Shown: positions 9,781-19,265 of the stretch, piece after piece | Numbering within the stretch: position 1 is the stretch's first letter | How the letters are laid out: each line of letters starts with the position of its first letter | From: Myxococcota bacterium | GTDB lineage: Bacteria; Myxococcota; B64-G9 | DNA: 64,000 nucleotides | Reading direction: 5' to 3' | Assembly (NCBI GenBank): GCA_022710975.1 | Contig: JAKLGA010000009.1 | Location: 45,083 to 109,082 of the forward strand | Program-made: the position numbers and the translations under genes | The notes under the pieces: model-generated | Databases searched by the model: none | The model's input: only the letters and a program-made list of their open reading frames with translations | What the model was told of the DNA's origin: nothing

Positions 9781-9831
9781 CGGCTATGCTCAGCTTCGGG
9801 CCGAGGAAGGTTGGCCCGAGGGAGAGGACGG

Positions 9832-10086
9832 ATGTGCCGCGAGGACAAGCTGCTCAAGCGGATCACGGTCGACCCGCGCATCTTCGGCGGCAAGCCCATC
9901 ATCCGTGGCCGCCGCCTAGCCGTCGAGCACGTGTTGGGCATGCTGGCCGCGGGTGACGAGGCGGACACCATCCTGGAGGGCTACCCCTGGATGGAGCGCG
10001 AGGACATCCAGGCTTGCCTGGTCTATGCCCGACGCCTGGTGGGCCACGAGCGCGTCGAGGCCGTTCGAATCCGGACACGGGGATGA
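9832..10086 (+). CDS. DUF433 domain protein (antitoxin-like)
   Basis: 84 aa: RITVDPRIFGGKPIIRGRRLAVEHVLGMLAAGDEADTILEGYPWMEREDIQACLVYA matches the DUF433 fold signature. Only the 3' end of track ORF 7846..10086 is real; the rest is antisense to the C45 gene. Confidence 0.75.
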   Translation: MCREDKLLKRITVDPRIFGGKPIIRGRRLAVEHVLGMLAAGDEADTILEGYPWMEREDIQACLVYARRLVGHERVEAVRIRTRG

Positions 10087-10481
10087 AGGTCCTGCTAGAT
10101 TCCTGCGTGTGGGGCGGGACGGCCAAGGCCCTGCGCTTGGCTGGCCACGATGTGGTCTGGGCGGGAGATTGGCCCAAGGACCCCGGTGATGACGAGATCC
10201 TGCGCTGGGCGCATCGGCGCGGCCGTGTGCTGGTGACCCTGGACAAGGACTTCGGTGAGCTCGCGGTGGTCCATCGGCAGGCCCACGCGGGCATCCTCCG
10301 CCTGGTGGGCTTCGCCGCCCGCCAGCAGGCGATCATGTGCCTGCACGTGCTCGAGCGCTGTGCGGTCGACCTCGCGACCGGCGCGCTGGTGACGGCGGAC
10401 TCCACGGGCCGCCTGCGCATCCGCGCCGCGGAGAGGCCAGGCGAGCGAGCTCCCGCGACCCGCCGTCCCCGCCGCCGCTGA
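10083..10481 (+). CDS. DUF5615-like (PIN-like) protein, putative toxin partner of DUF433
   Basis: 132 aa starting MKVLLDSCVWGG...DDEILRWAHRRGRVLVTLDKDF. ATG at 10083 overlaps the TGA stop of the DUF433 gene (ATGA). DUF433/DUF5615 are known co-occurring pairs. Confidence 0.7.
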   Translation: MKVLLDSCVWGGTAKALRLAGHDVVWAGDWPKDPGDDEILRWAHRRGRVLVTLDKDFGELAVVHRQAHAGILRLVGFAARQQAIMCLHVLERCAVDLATGALVTADSTGRLRIRAAERPGERAPATRRPRRR

Positions 10482-10626
10482 CCAGGTTTCCGCCTCCATC
10501 TCGAGGGAGTGCGACCCCGGCGCTCCCAGCAGTCTAGAAATTCAGGCCGTGGCACGGCGGGTAATTCTGATCGGGTCCTTACCCTGACAGAAGGACGTAC
10601 GGGATTGTGTTCGTGGACGGGCGGGC

Positions 10627-12492
10627 TCAGTCGGTCTCGTCGTCGTCCCTGTCCTTGTCGTCCTTGCGGCCGCGGCGGATGTCCTTGGAGCGCATGTTGG
10701 CGGGCAGGAACTTCTTGCGTACGCGGATGGCCTTGGGGGTCAGCTCCACGAACTCGTTCTCGCCCACGAACTCGATGGCGCTCTCGATGCTGAGCTCGCG
10801 CGCCGGGGTCAGGATGATGTTCTCGTCCTTGCCGGCCGCGCGCAGGTTGGTGAGCTTCCGCCCGCGGGTGCAATTGATGTTGAGGTCGTTCTTGCGGGTG
10901 TGCTCGCCCACCACCATGCCCTCGTAGACCGGGACGCCCGGGCCGACGAACAGGGTGCCGCGCGCCTGCAGGTGGAACAGCCCGTAGGCCACGGTCTCAC
11001 CCTCGCGGTCGGCGACCAGGGAGCCGTTGCGGCTGAGCACGATCGGCCCCAGCCAGGGGATCCAGCCGTCGAAGGCGGTGCTCATCAGCCCCTCGCCGCG
11101 GGTCTCGGTCAAAAAGTCCGAGTGGAAGCCGATCAGCCCGCGGGTGGGGATGCGGAAGGTCAGCCGGGCCCGGCCGCGCGTGCGGGACATGTCGATGAGC
11201 CGGCCCTTGCGCCGCCCGAGCACCTCGGTCAGCGTGCCCAGCACCGTGTCCGGGCAGTCGATGGTCAGCAGCTCCACCGGCTCGTGCAGCTTGCCGTCGA
11301 TCTCGCGGGTGACCACCTCGGGCCGGGAGAGCATCAGCTCGTAGCCCTCGCGGATCATGGTCTCGGCCAGGATGGCGAGCTGCAGCTCGCCGCGGCCCAC
11401 CACCCGGTAGCCCTCGCCGCCCTCGATGGGGGAGACGTGCAGCGCCACGTTGGCCAGGGCCTCGCGCTCCAGGCGGGTGCGCAGGTTGCGGCTGGTGACG
11501 AAGGTCCCGTCCCGGCCGGCGAAGGGCGAGGTGTTGACGTAGAAGTTCATGGCCAGCGTCGGCTCGTCCACCCGGACGCGCGGCAGGGCCGGGACCTGCG
11601 CGTCGGTCACCAGCGTGTCGCCGATGGTGACCTCCTGGATGCCGGCCACCGACACGATGTCGCCGCAGCTGGCCGACTCCGTCTCGGTGCGGGTCAGCCC
11701 GTTGTAGGTGTACAGGCGCATGACCTTGCCCGGTTGCACCCGCCCGGCGTCCCCCAGCACGTAGACCACCTGGCCCGTGCGGACGGAGCCGGACTCGATG
11801 CGCCCGAGCATGAGCCGGCCCACGTAGTCGTCCCAGCCCAGGTTGCTGACCAGCAGGCGGAAGGGCTCCTCGCGCCGGTCGATGGGCGGCGGGATGTGCT
11901 CCAGGATGGCCTCGAACAGCGGCTTGAGATCCGTGGCGCCGGCCGCGTCCTCCAGCCGGCGGGCGCACAGGCCGGCCCGGCCGTTGGCGTACAGCACCGG
12001 GAAGTCGATCTGCGAGTCGTCGGCGCCGAGGTCGATGAACAGGTCGTAGGCCTCGTCCAGCACCTCGGCCGCGCGCGCGTCCTTGCGGTCGATCTTGTTG
12101 ATCACCACGATCACCGGCAGGTGCCTGGCCAGCCCCTTCTCCAGCACGAAACGGGTCTGGGGCAGGCAGCCCTCGGCCGCGTCCACCAGCAGCACGATGC
12201 CCTGGGCCATGGTCAGCGTGCGCTCGACCTCGCCGCCGAAGTCGTGGTGGCCCGGGGTGTCGAGGATGTTGATCTTCACCCCGCGGTAGGTGACGGCGGT
12301 GTTCTTGGCCAGGATGGTGATGCCGCGCTCGCGCTCCAGGAAGAAGCTGTCCATGACCCGCTCGGTCGCCTCCCCGCTGCCCTTCAGCAGGCCGCTCTGG
12401 CGGAGCAGGGCGTCGACCAGGGTGGTCTTGCCGTGGTCGACGTGGGCCACGATGGCGACGTTGCGCAGGTGGGTGAGACGCTCGGGGGCCAT
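10627..12492 (-). CDS. typA: translational GTPase TypA/BipA
   Basis: 621 aa. G-domain motifs AHVDHGKTTLVD, DTPGHHDF, NKID. Co-linear with BipA over the whole length, including the C-terminal domain and a basic/acidic tail. Confidence 0.95.
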   Translation of the reverse strand: MAPERLTHLRNVAIVAHVDHGKTTLVDALLRQSGLLKGSGEATERVMDSFFLERERGITILAKNTAVTYRGVKINILDTPGHHDFGGEVERTLTMAQGIVLLVDAAEGCLPQTRFVLEKGLARHLPVIVVINKIDRKDARAAEVLDEAYDLFIDLGADDSQIDFPVLYANGRAGLCARRLEDAAGATDLKPLFEAILEHIPPPIDRREEPFRLLVSNLGWDDYVGRLMLGRIESGSVRTGQVVYVLGDAGRVQPGKVMRLYTYNGLTRTETESASCGDIVSVAGIQEVTIGDTLVTDAQVPALPRVRVDEPTLAMNFYVNTSPFAGRDGTFVTSRNLRTRLEREALANVALHVSPIEGGEGYRVVGRGELQLAILAETMIREGYELMLSRPEVVTREIDGKLHEPVELLTIDCPDTVLGTLTEVLGRRKGRLIDMSRTRGRARLTFRIPTRGLIGFHSDFLTETRGEGLMSTAFDGWIPWLGPIVLSRNGSLVADREGETVAYGLFHLQARGTLFVGPGVPVYEGMVVGEHTRKNDLNINCTRGRKLTNLRAAGKDENIILTPARELSIESAIEFVGENEFVELTPKAIRVRKKFLPANMRSKDIRRGRKDDKDRDDDETD

Positions 12493-12549
12493 GCTTTCGC
12501 TCCTGGTGCAGACCTACAGCGCGGCACTCATGCACCGCCGCGGGCCGGT

Positions 12550-12555
12550 TGTCAA
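12550..12555 (-). promoter_or_regulatory. possible -35 element (TTGACA) upstream of typA
   Basis: Minus-strand TTGACA about 55 nt upstream of the typA ATG. No convincing -10 hexamer at 17 nt spacing, so weak. Confidence 0.2.
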
Positions 12556-12621
12556 ATGCCGCGTCACCTGCTCCGTGCCCGGTTCGCGGTTCGCTGGTGG
12601 GCCGGGGAGACCGAGACCCCC

Positions 12622-14319
12622 TCAGGAGCGCCTCCGCCGGGGCCTGGGCTTCGCGCTCGGCCCGGGGGCGGTCCTGGGCCTGGTCCTGGGCCTGGACCCG
12701 GGCCTGGCCCGGGGCACCTCGGGGAACAGGGGCGCGAGCTCGGGATCGGCGCGCATCTGCCGCTCCAGCGCGGGATCGAGGCGGACGGCTCGCGCCACCT
12801 CGGCCCGGGCCCTCGCGAGATCGCCGCGCAGCGCGAGGATGCACGCCCGGCCCCAGAAGGCGGCGGCGTGGCCGAGCGCGCAGGCCTCGCCGTAGCTCGC
12901 CAGCGCCTCGTCGTCGCGCGCCAGCTTGCGCAGCGAGTTGGCGCGGTTGTGCCAGGCCTCGGGCAGCGGATGCGAGCTGAGCGAGGCGTCGTAGGCCTCG
13001 ATCGACCGGGCGTACCTGCCCAGGTCGTGGAGCGCGACGCCGCGGGAGAGGTGCGCCTGCGCCAGCCTGAGCGGATCGACGCACAGCCCGATCGCCCGCC
13101 TGGCCGCCCGGAGCGCCTCCTGGGGCCGGCGCAGCGCGGCCAGGCTGGACGCCAGGTTGCACCAGGCGAAGTCGTTCTGCGGGTCGATCTCCACCGCCCG
13201 GGCGAACCTCTCGCGGGCGTCCTGGTCGCGGCCGAGCCGCTGCGCGGCCACGCCGGCGTTGTTCCACTCGAGGCTGGTGGCGGAGGGCCCGGGCTCGCGG
13301 GCGACCCGCTCGAGCTCCCCGTCCTCGAGGGCCAGGAGCTGGAGCTGCTGGCGGGCCCGCTGGAGCGGGAGCCAGGTCCAGGTCGGATCGTCGCTGCACA
13401 GCGCGAGGACGCGCTCGTAGCGCCGCCGGGCCAGCCTGCGCCGGCCACAGGCGAAGAGCGCGTCGGCCAGCTCCGCCTGCAGGAAGGGAGAGCCGGGCTC
13501 GAGGGCCGCCGCGCGCCGGAGGGGCTCCAGCGCTTCGGAGTGGAGGCCCGCGGCCGCGAGCGCCAGGCCGACCGCGCGCCAGGCGTCGGCGCTCCGCGGG
13601 GAGGCCGCGGCGGCCTCGCGCGCGAGGGAGAGCGCCGCGTCGTGCTGCCCGGCCGCGCTGAGCCGGTGGGCCTCCTCGATGGCCTCCTCCCGCTGCTGGC
13701 CCAGGAACTCCTTCCTCGCCAGCCGCGAGAGCGCGGGGCCGAGGGCCGCCAGGTCCAGCCCGGCCGGCACGCCCAGCTGCACCGCGCGCGAGCCCTGGGT
13801 GTCGCCCTCGTTCCCGCCGATGACCAGGAGCGCGCCGCAGGCCAGCACCACCACCCCGTGGTCGTGGGTCGCGACCGGCAGCCGGCCCGCGTCCGACACC
13901 GCCCGGGTGCCCGGGTCGAAGAGCTCCGCCTGGCCGAACGAATGGTCGTCCTCCTCCCCGTCGAAGCGGCAGGTGGTCTCGAAGCCGCCCGTCACCAGCC
14001 ACTGCCCGGACGGCAGCCGGGTCCAGGTCGGCCGCTCGCGCTTCGCCAGGGGCGCGCCGGAGTGGCCGGGCGGCCTCGCCCGGGGCGACGCGGTGAGCCT
14101 CCCGACCCCGGAAAGATCGCCCCGCGTCCAGCGATCCTCGGCCGGCGCGTAGATCTCGACCCCGGCCTCGCGCATCCGGTAGGTGCCGAGATCGTAGTAA
14201 CTGCCGCCGACCACCCGCACCCGGCCGTCGGCCAGCAGGCTGCAGACCGGTGAGGCGCGGGGCTCGTGGAGCGGCCGCACCTTCAGCCAGCGGAACCTGG
14301 GCGCGGAGCCCGTGGCCAT
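12622..14319 (-). CDS. Kelch-like beta-propeller plus TPR repeat protein
   Basis: 565 aa. N-terminal half has Kelch-like blades (VRVVGGSYYD, WLVTGGF, LLVIGGNEG). C-terminal half has TPR-like helical repeats (AWRAVGLALAAAGLHSEALEPLRRAAALEP, AWCNLASSLAALRRPQEALRAARRAI). Start codon uncertain. Confidence 0.6.
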   Translation of the reverse strand: MATGSAPRFRWLKVRPLHEPRASPVCSLLADGRVRVVGGSYYDLGTYRMREAGVEIYAPAEDRWTRGDLSGVGRLTASPRARPPGHSGAPLAKRERPTWTRLPSGQWLVTGGFETTCRFDGEEDDHSFGQAELFDPGTRAVSDAGRLPVATHDHGVVVLACGALLVIGGNEGDTQGSRAVQLGVPAGLDLAALGPALSRLARKEFLGQQREEAIEEAHRLSAAGQHDAALSLAREAAAASPRSADAWRAVGLALAAAGLHSEALEPLRRAAALEPGSPFLQAELADALFACGRRRLARRRYERVLALCSDDPTWTWLPLQRARQQLQLLALEDGELERVAREPGPSATSLEWNNAGVAAQRLGRDQDARERFARAVEIDPQNDFAWCNLASSLAALRRPQEALRAARRAIGLCVDPLRLAQAHLSRGVALHDLGRYARSIEAYDASLSSHPLPEAWHNRANSLRKLARDDEALASYGEACALGHAAAFWGRACILALRGDLARARAEVARAVRLDPALERQMRADPELAPLFPEVPRARPGSRPRTRPRTAPGPSAKPRPRRRRS

Positions 14320-14338
14320 CGGGTCTCTCCTCCAGGGC

Positions 14339-15748
14339 TCAGGGGTCGCGGTCCTGCCGCGCGCCGAGCAGCCGGCCGGCGAGCGCCACCACGGCCTGGG
14401 CGTGCCCGCCCCGTGACAGCACCTCGTCGAGCGCGTCGGCCACCCGCTCGATGGCCTGGGCGGTCACGGTCAGGGGCGGGGTGAGCTTGAGGGTCGGCAG
14501 GTCGCAGGCGCCCACCTGGGTGACGATGTGGTGGTCGGCCAGCAGGCCCAGGGACACGTGCTGGGCGAACATGCCGGCGGTCAGATCGCCGAGCTTGCCC
14601 CACAGCCCCCGGCCGAGCAGCCCGCCCGTGGCGTCGTGGAAGCGGATGCCCTGCAGGAGCCCCCGGCCGCGCACCTCGCTCACGGTCGAGGGGTGCCTGG
14701 CGGCCAACGCGGCCAGCCGGGCGGAGAGCTCGGCCCCGCGCGCCCGGGCGTTCTCGACCAGGCCCTCGTCCCGGAGCACCCGCAGCGTCTCGTGCAGCGC
14801 GGCCATGGCCAGCGGTCCCCCGGAGAAGGTGGTCTTGTGGTCGAGCGCGTGGCGCATCGCCCCGTAGGCCTGCGCGTGCACCTCGCTGCGGACGACCAGC
14901 GCGCCCACGGGCATCAGCCCGCCGCCCAGCGCCTTGGCGGTCGCCAGCGCGTCGGGCACCAGCCCGGGCTCGTGCTCGAAGGCCCACATGCGGCCCGTGC
15001 GCCCCAGGCCGCACTGCACCTCGTCCACGATGAGCAGCGCGCCGTGCTCGCGGCACAGCCGGGCGGCTTCCGCCAGGTACCCCTCGGGCTGGGGGCGGCA
15101 GCCGCCCTCGCCCTGGACGGGCTCCACCACCAGGGCGGCCACGTCGCGCTTCCCGAGCGCCCGCGCGAGCACGCTGCGATCCCCGAACTGGAGGAGCTCG
15201 AGGCCGGGCAGCAGTGGCCCGAAGCGTTCGCGTCGGGCGGGTGCGTCCAGGAGCCCGAGCACGCCCAGGGTGGTGCCGTGGAAAGAGCGCCGGATGCCCA
15301 GGATCCTCCGCCGGCCCGTGGCCGCCCGGGCCAGCTTGAGGGCCGCCTCCATGGCCTCGGAGCCGCTCGAGCAGAAGAACACCTTGTCGAGCCCGGCCGG
15401 GAGGGTGGCCGCCAGGGCCTCGGCCCCGAGCGCGGTCAGGGTCGAGGCCTCGACCTGGGTGAAGCCCGGCGCGCCCGAGTCCAGCATGGCGTGGAGCGCG
15501 GCCCGGACGGCGGGGTGGTTGTGGCCGAGCGCGTGCACCCCGTAGCCCGCGGTGAAGTCCAGGTAGCGCTCGCCGCGCTCGTCCTCGAGCTCGAGCCCCT
15601 CCGCGCGCACGTAGCGCCGGCCGAACCCGGCCAGGTCGAGCAGTTCGGCGAAGCCCGGGTTCACGTGCTGCCTGTACAGCCCCGGCCCCTCGGCCCAGCG
15701 CTCGCGGAGCGCCCTGAGGAGCGCGCTCTCCGGTGCCTGTGTGCTCAT
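14339..15748 (-). CDS. class III (omega) aminotransferase, PLP-dependent
   Basis: 469 aa. LIVDEVQCGLGRTGRMWAFEH and SFHGTT motifs typical of acetylornithine/GABA/putrescine-type aminotransferases. Confidence 0.9.
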   Translation of the reverse strand: MSTQAPESALLRALRERWAEGPGLYRQHVNPGFAELLDLAGFGRRYVRAEGLELEDERGERYLDFTAGYGVHALGHNHPAVRAALHAMLDSGAPGFTQVEASTLTALGAEALAATLPAGLDKVFFCSSGSEAMEAALKLARAATGRRRILGIRRSFHGTTLGVLGLLDAPARRERFGPLLPGLELLQFGDRSVLARALGKRDVAALVVEPVQGEGGCRPQPEGYLAEAARLCREHGALLIVDEVQCGLGRTGRMWAFEHEPGLVPDALATAKALGGGLMPVGALVVRSEVHAQAYGAMRHALDHKTTFSGGPLAMAALHETLRVLRDEGLVENARARGAELSARLAALAARHPSTVSEVRGRGLLQGIRFHDATGGLLGRGLWGKLGDLTAGMFAQHVSLGLLADHHIVTQVGACDLPTLKLTPPLTVTAQAIERVADALDEVLSRGGHAQAVVALAGRLLGARQDRDP

Positions 15749-15828
15749 GCTCCGTCCCCTTTCGAGCCTGGGAAGAGGAAAACAGGAATCCCCGAGAAAG
15801 GAAATGGGATTCTGGGAGGAGAAGTAGG

Positions 15829-17097
15829 ATGCTCGGATGTGGAGGCCATCGGATGCACGCCTGGTGCGCGGGATGTCTGTGGCTGGCCCTGCTGCCCGCC
15901 TTCCCCGCTCCGCTGGAGGTCCAGGCCCTGGTCGAGCTGCGCGCGCTCGCGCCGGCCGAGGCCGGGGCGCTGCTCGACCACCTGCTCGAGGTCGCCGGCC
16001 GGGCCGAGCGCGAGCTCCGTCCGCTCGGGGCCTGCCGGGTCACCCGGGAGCTCGTGCTCGCGCAGGTCGTCGCGCGCCTGGCCGACCGGCGCCAGCGGCT
16101 GGCGCGGGGCGAGGACCTGCCGCGCGGGGCCGGCGACCTCCGCCGCACGGTCCTGGACTTCGAGGCCTGGAAGCTGGTCCGCTTCGTCCGCTCGGGCGTC
16201 TTCCCCAAGCGCTACTTCGGCTACCTCGACCGGCGGAACGACACCGCCGCCCTGGAGGGGCGGCTCCGGGACATCACCCGCCGGGTGGTGGCCGTCTCCA
16301 ACGCCTACCAGGCGGAGCGCGGGCACCCGGTCCGGATCAGCGACCTCGAGGTGGTGGTGACCTTCCTGGCCGAGGGTGGCGCCATCCTGCTGCGGGAGCG
16401 GCAAGATCTGCTCGGCCGGCTGCACCCGGTCTTCGAGGTGGGGCTGGACGATGTGGCGCTGGGCTTCTCGGACCTGCCCGGGCTCCAGGCGCGCATCGAT
16501 CGCGAGGCCGGGACCGACCTGCAGGGGTTGGTCGGCTGGGCCGACACCCAGGTGGCCGCGCTCGCCGCCGAGGGCCCGGTGCCCCGCCACCTGCGCCTGC
16601 TCAAGCACCCGCACGGGGACGGAGGTCCCCACGCGTACCTCCGGCGCTTCATGACCTTCGAGGAGGCCGTGGCGGGCACGGCCTTGATGTACCTGTGGGA
16701 GAAGGAGATCGCCGCCCGGAAGCTCCTGAACCAGGGGCTCCCGCCGCTCGAGCGCAGGAGCCTGGAGGAGCAGTTCGTGATCGCCTCGCTGGTCTACAAC
16801 TCGGGCCGCCTGCACGTGCCCGAGCGCTGGCGTCAGATCCAGGCCGCCGCGACCGCGGCCTGGCTGGTGGCGGTCTCGGACCGGAACGCGCCCGAGCGGC
16901 CGCGCCTGGACGTGACGCTGCCCGCGGAGGCCCTGGCCGGGCTGTGCGCCGGCCAGGGCTACCCCGAGCAGCCCACCTCCTGGGTGGCGGTCTACCATGT
17001 GCTCCAGCGCCATGGCGCCTTCGTGGCACTGCGGAACTTCTCGGATCATTTCGACGATTCCGGCTTCTTCAGGGCGGGGGAGACGGGGACGGAGTAG
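15829..17097 (+). CDS. hypothetical protein
   Basis: Protein-like composition across about 420 aa (KLVRFVRSGVFPKRYFGYLDRRNDT...). GGAGGAG Shine-Dalgarno 8 nt upstream of ATG 15829. Competing ORFs 15837..17132(+) and 15745..17433(-) are RGAP-biased. Confidence 0.55.
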   Translation: MLGCGGHRMHAWCAGCLWLALLPAFPAPLEVQALVELRALAPAEAGALLDHLLEVAGRAERELRPLGACRVTRELVLAQVVARLADRRQRLARGEDLPRGAGDLRRTVLDFEAWKLVRFVRSGVFPKRYFGYLDRRNDTAALEGRLRDITRRVVAVSNAYQAERGHPVRISDLEVVVTFLAEGGAILLRERQDLLGRLHPVFEVGLDDVALGFSDLPGLQARIDREAGTDLQGLVGWADTQVAALAAEGPVPRHLRLLKHPHGDGGPHAYLRRFMTFEEAVAGTALMYLWEKEIAARKLLNQGLPPLERRSLEEQFVIASLVYNSGRLHVPERWRQIQAAATAAWLVAVSDRNAPERPRLDVTLPAEALAGLCAGQGYPEQPTSWVAVYHVLQRHGAFVALRNFSDHFDDSGFFRAGETGTE

Positions 17098-17098
17098 G

Positions 17099-19264
17099 TC
17101 AGCGGCCGAGGGTCTGCCACAGGAAGGTGTAGGCCTGGGCCCACATGAAGGCGCTCTGCTGGTTGGTGGCCGCCGCCGCGTGCCCGCCCTCGGTGTTCTC
17201 GAAGTAGAGCACCCCTGGATGACCTTGCGCCAGCATGCGCGCCACCATCTTGCGCGCGTGGCCAGGGTGCACCCGGTCGTCCCGGGTCGAGGTGAAGAAG
17301 AAGGTCGGCGGGTACTCCGTCCCCGGTCGAACCAGTTGATACGGCGAGTATTTCTGGAGGAAGGCCCAGTCCTCGGGCTTGTCCGGATCGCCGTACTCGG
17401 CCACCCAGCTCGCCCCGGCCAGCAGCTTGTCATAGCGCCGCATGTCCAGGAGCGGCACCGCGCACACGATGGCCCCGAACAGGTCGGGCCGCTGGACCAG
17501 CATGTTGCCCACGAGTAGCCCGCCGTTCGAGCCGCCCTCGATGCCCAGCCTGGCCGGCGAGGTGATCTTCCTGGCGATCAGATCCTCGGCCACCGCGATG
17601 AAGTCGTCGTAGGCCCGCTGGCGGTTCTCCCGCAGCGCCGCCTGGTGCCAGCGCGGGCCGAACTCGCTCCCGCCGCGGATGTTGGCCAGGGCGTAGGTGC
17701 CGCCCCGCTCCAGCCACGCAGCGCCGTTGAGCGCGCTGTAGCCAGGCAGCATGGGCACCTCGAAGCCGCCGTAGCCGTAGAGCAGGGTGGGGTTCGCGCC
17801 GTCGGCCCGGAGGTCCGCCCGGCTCACCAGGAAGTAGGGCACCCGGGTGCCGTCCCTGGACGTGGCCTGGTGCTGGGCGATGGCCAGCCCCTGGGCGTCG
17901 AAGAAGGCGGGCAGCGCCTTCAGCACCTCGGGCGCTCGCAGGCCGCCCGCGGCCGGGGCGACCGACGTCCGCAAGAGCTGGCTGGGGGTGAGGAAGTCGG
18001 TCGAGGAGATGAACACCTCGTCGCTCTCGATCGGGTCGATCGGCCAGGCCATCAGGCTGGCGTACTCGGGCAGGCCCGGGATGATCGTCCGCGTCCAGGC
18101 GCCTCCCTCCCTGCGCAGCACCTCCAGGCGCGAGCGGACGTTGTCGAGCACCTGGAGCACGAGCGCGCTCCGGGTCGCGCTGAACCCGCCCAGCGAGCTC
18201 CGCGCGGTGGGCTCGAACAGGACCTCGAGCTGGCGGCCGCCCCCGAGGAAGCCCTCGAGCTCGGCCGCGAGCAGCGAGCCCGCCCGGTAGGTCCGGCCGC
18301 CCACGCTCCAGTCGGAGCGCAGCTCGAGGAGCAACATCTCCCGGTGGAACGAGGCGTTGGCGTCCGCGGGCTTGTCCAGCCGGATCAGCTCCGTCCCCCG
18401 ACGCAGGAAGACCTCGTCGGTGTAGAAGGTGATCCCCCGGACCACGAGGTCGCGCTCGAAGCCCGGGGTGGGGTCGTGCAGGGCGGAGACCGACATGTCC
18501 TGGGGCTGCCCCTCGTACACGCCGCGCGCCTCGGCCAGCGGGGTGCCCCGGCGCCACTCCTTGACGATGCGCGGGTAGCCCGACTCGGTCAGGCTGCCCG
18601 GGCCGAAGTCGGTGGAGACGTACACCCGCTCGTGGTCGATCCAGGAGAGGCCGCCCTTGGCCTCGGGCAGGGAGAAGCCGCCCTCGACGAACCGCTTCTC
18701 CTGCAGGTCGAACTCCCGGGTCACGTCCGCGTCCTTGCCCCCGCGGGAGAGCGCGACCAGGCAGTAGCGCTCCTCGGGCCATAGGCAACCGGCGCCGTGC
18801 CAGACCCACTGCTCGCCCTCGGCCTTCGACAGCGCGTCGAGGTCGAGCACGGTCTCCCACGCGGGCTCGGGCTTCGCGTACTCCTCGGGCGTGGTGCGCC
18901 GCCAGATGCCGCGCTCGTGCCGGGCGTCCTTCCAGAAGTTGTAGTACCGCCCGCCCAGCTCCTCGACGTACGGGATGCGCGCGTCCGAGTCCAGGATGGC
19001 CAGGAGGCGCGCCTGGAGCCGCGGGAAATCCGCCCCCTCGGCCAGGGCCCTGCGGCTCTCGGCGTTCCGCTCGGCCACCCAGGCGAGCGCCTGCGGGCCC
19101 TCCACCTGCTCGAGCCACAGGAAGGGATCCGTGTCCACGTCGACCTCCGCGCCGGGATCCGGCCGGGCGCCGGCCGCGGGGCCCGAGCAGCCGGGCGCGA
19201 GCGCCAGCGTCAGGGCGAGCACCCATCCCGAACCGGCCAGTGTACGTCCCCGCATGGCAGTCAC
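17099..19264 (-). CDS. prolyl oligopeptidase (S9A family serine peptidase), lipoprotein
   Basis: 721 aa. Lipobox LALAPGCSG. Catalytic Ser motif GGSNGGLLVG. Beta-propeller plus alpha/beta hydrolase architecture typical of prolyl endopeptidase. Confidence 0.9.
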   Translation of the reverse strand: MTAMRGRTLAGSGWVLALTLALAPGCSGPAAGARPDPGAEVDVDTDPFLWLEQVEGPQALAWVAERNAESRRALAEGADFPRLQARLLAILDSDARIPYVEELGGRYYNFWKDARHERGIWRRTTPEEYAKPEPAWETVLDLDALSKAEGEQWVWHGAGCLWPEERYCLVALSRGGKDADVTREFDLQEKRFVEGGFSLPEAKGGLSWIDHERVYVSTDFGPGSLTESGYPRIVKEWRRGTPLAEARGVYEGQPQDMSVSALHDPTPGFERDLVVRGITFYTDEVFLRRGTELIRLDKPADANASFHREMLLLELRSDWSVGGRTYRAGSLLAAELEGFLGGGRQLEVLFEPTARSSLGGFSATRSALVLQVLDNVRSRLEVLRREGGAWTRTIIPGLPEYASLMAWPIDPIESDEVFISSTDFLTPSQLLRTSVAPAAGGLRAPEVLKALPAFFDAQGLAIAQHQATSRDGTRVPYFLVSRADLRADGANPTLLYGYGGFEVPMLPGYSALNGAAWLERGGTYALANIRGGSEFGPRWHQAALRENRQRAYDDFIAVAEDLIARKITSPARLGIEGGSNGGLLVGNMLVQRPDLFGAIVCAVPLLDMRRYDKLLAGASWVAEYGDPDKPEDWAFLQKYSPYQLVRPGTEYPPTFFFTSTRDDRVHPGHARKMVARMLAQGHPGVLYFENTEGGHAAAATNQQSAFMWAQAYTFLWQTLGR

Positions 19265-19265
19265 C

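Noticed and set aside
10545-10557. Short palindrome GCCGTG-G-CACGGC between convergent DUF5615 and typA genes
   Set aside because: Only 6-bp arms with 1-nt spacer; too short to distinguish from chance in high-GC sequence and cannot form a stable hairpin loop.
10900-14253. 1117-codon plus-strand ORF
   Set aside because: Antisense to typA and the Kelch/TPR gene; Arg/Gly/Ala/Pro/His-rich low-complexity translation with no motifs; typical high-GC antisense artefact.
14283-16208. 641-codon minus-strand ORF and 14528..16360(+)
   Set aside because: Out-of-frame or antisense overlaps of the aminotransferase gene; Arg/Ala/Gly-rich.
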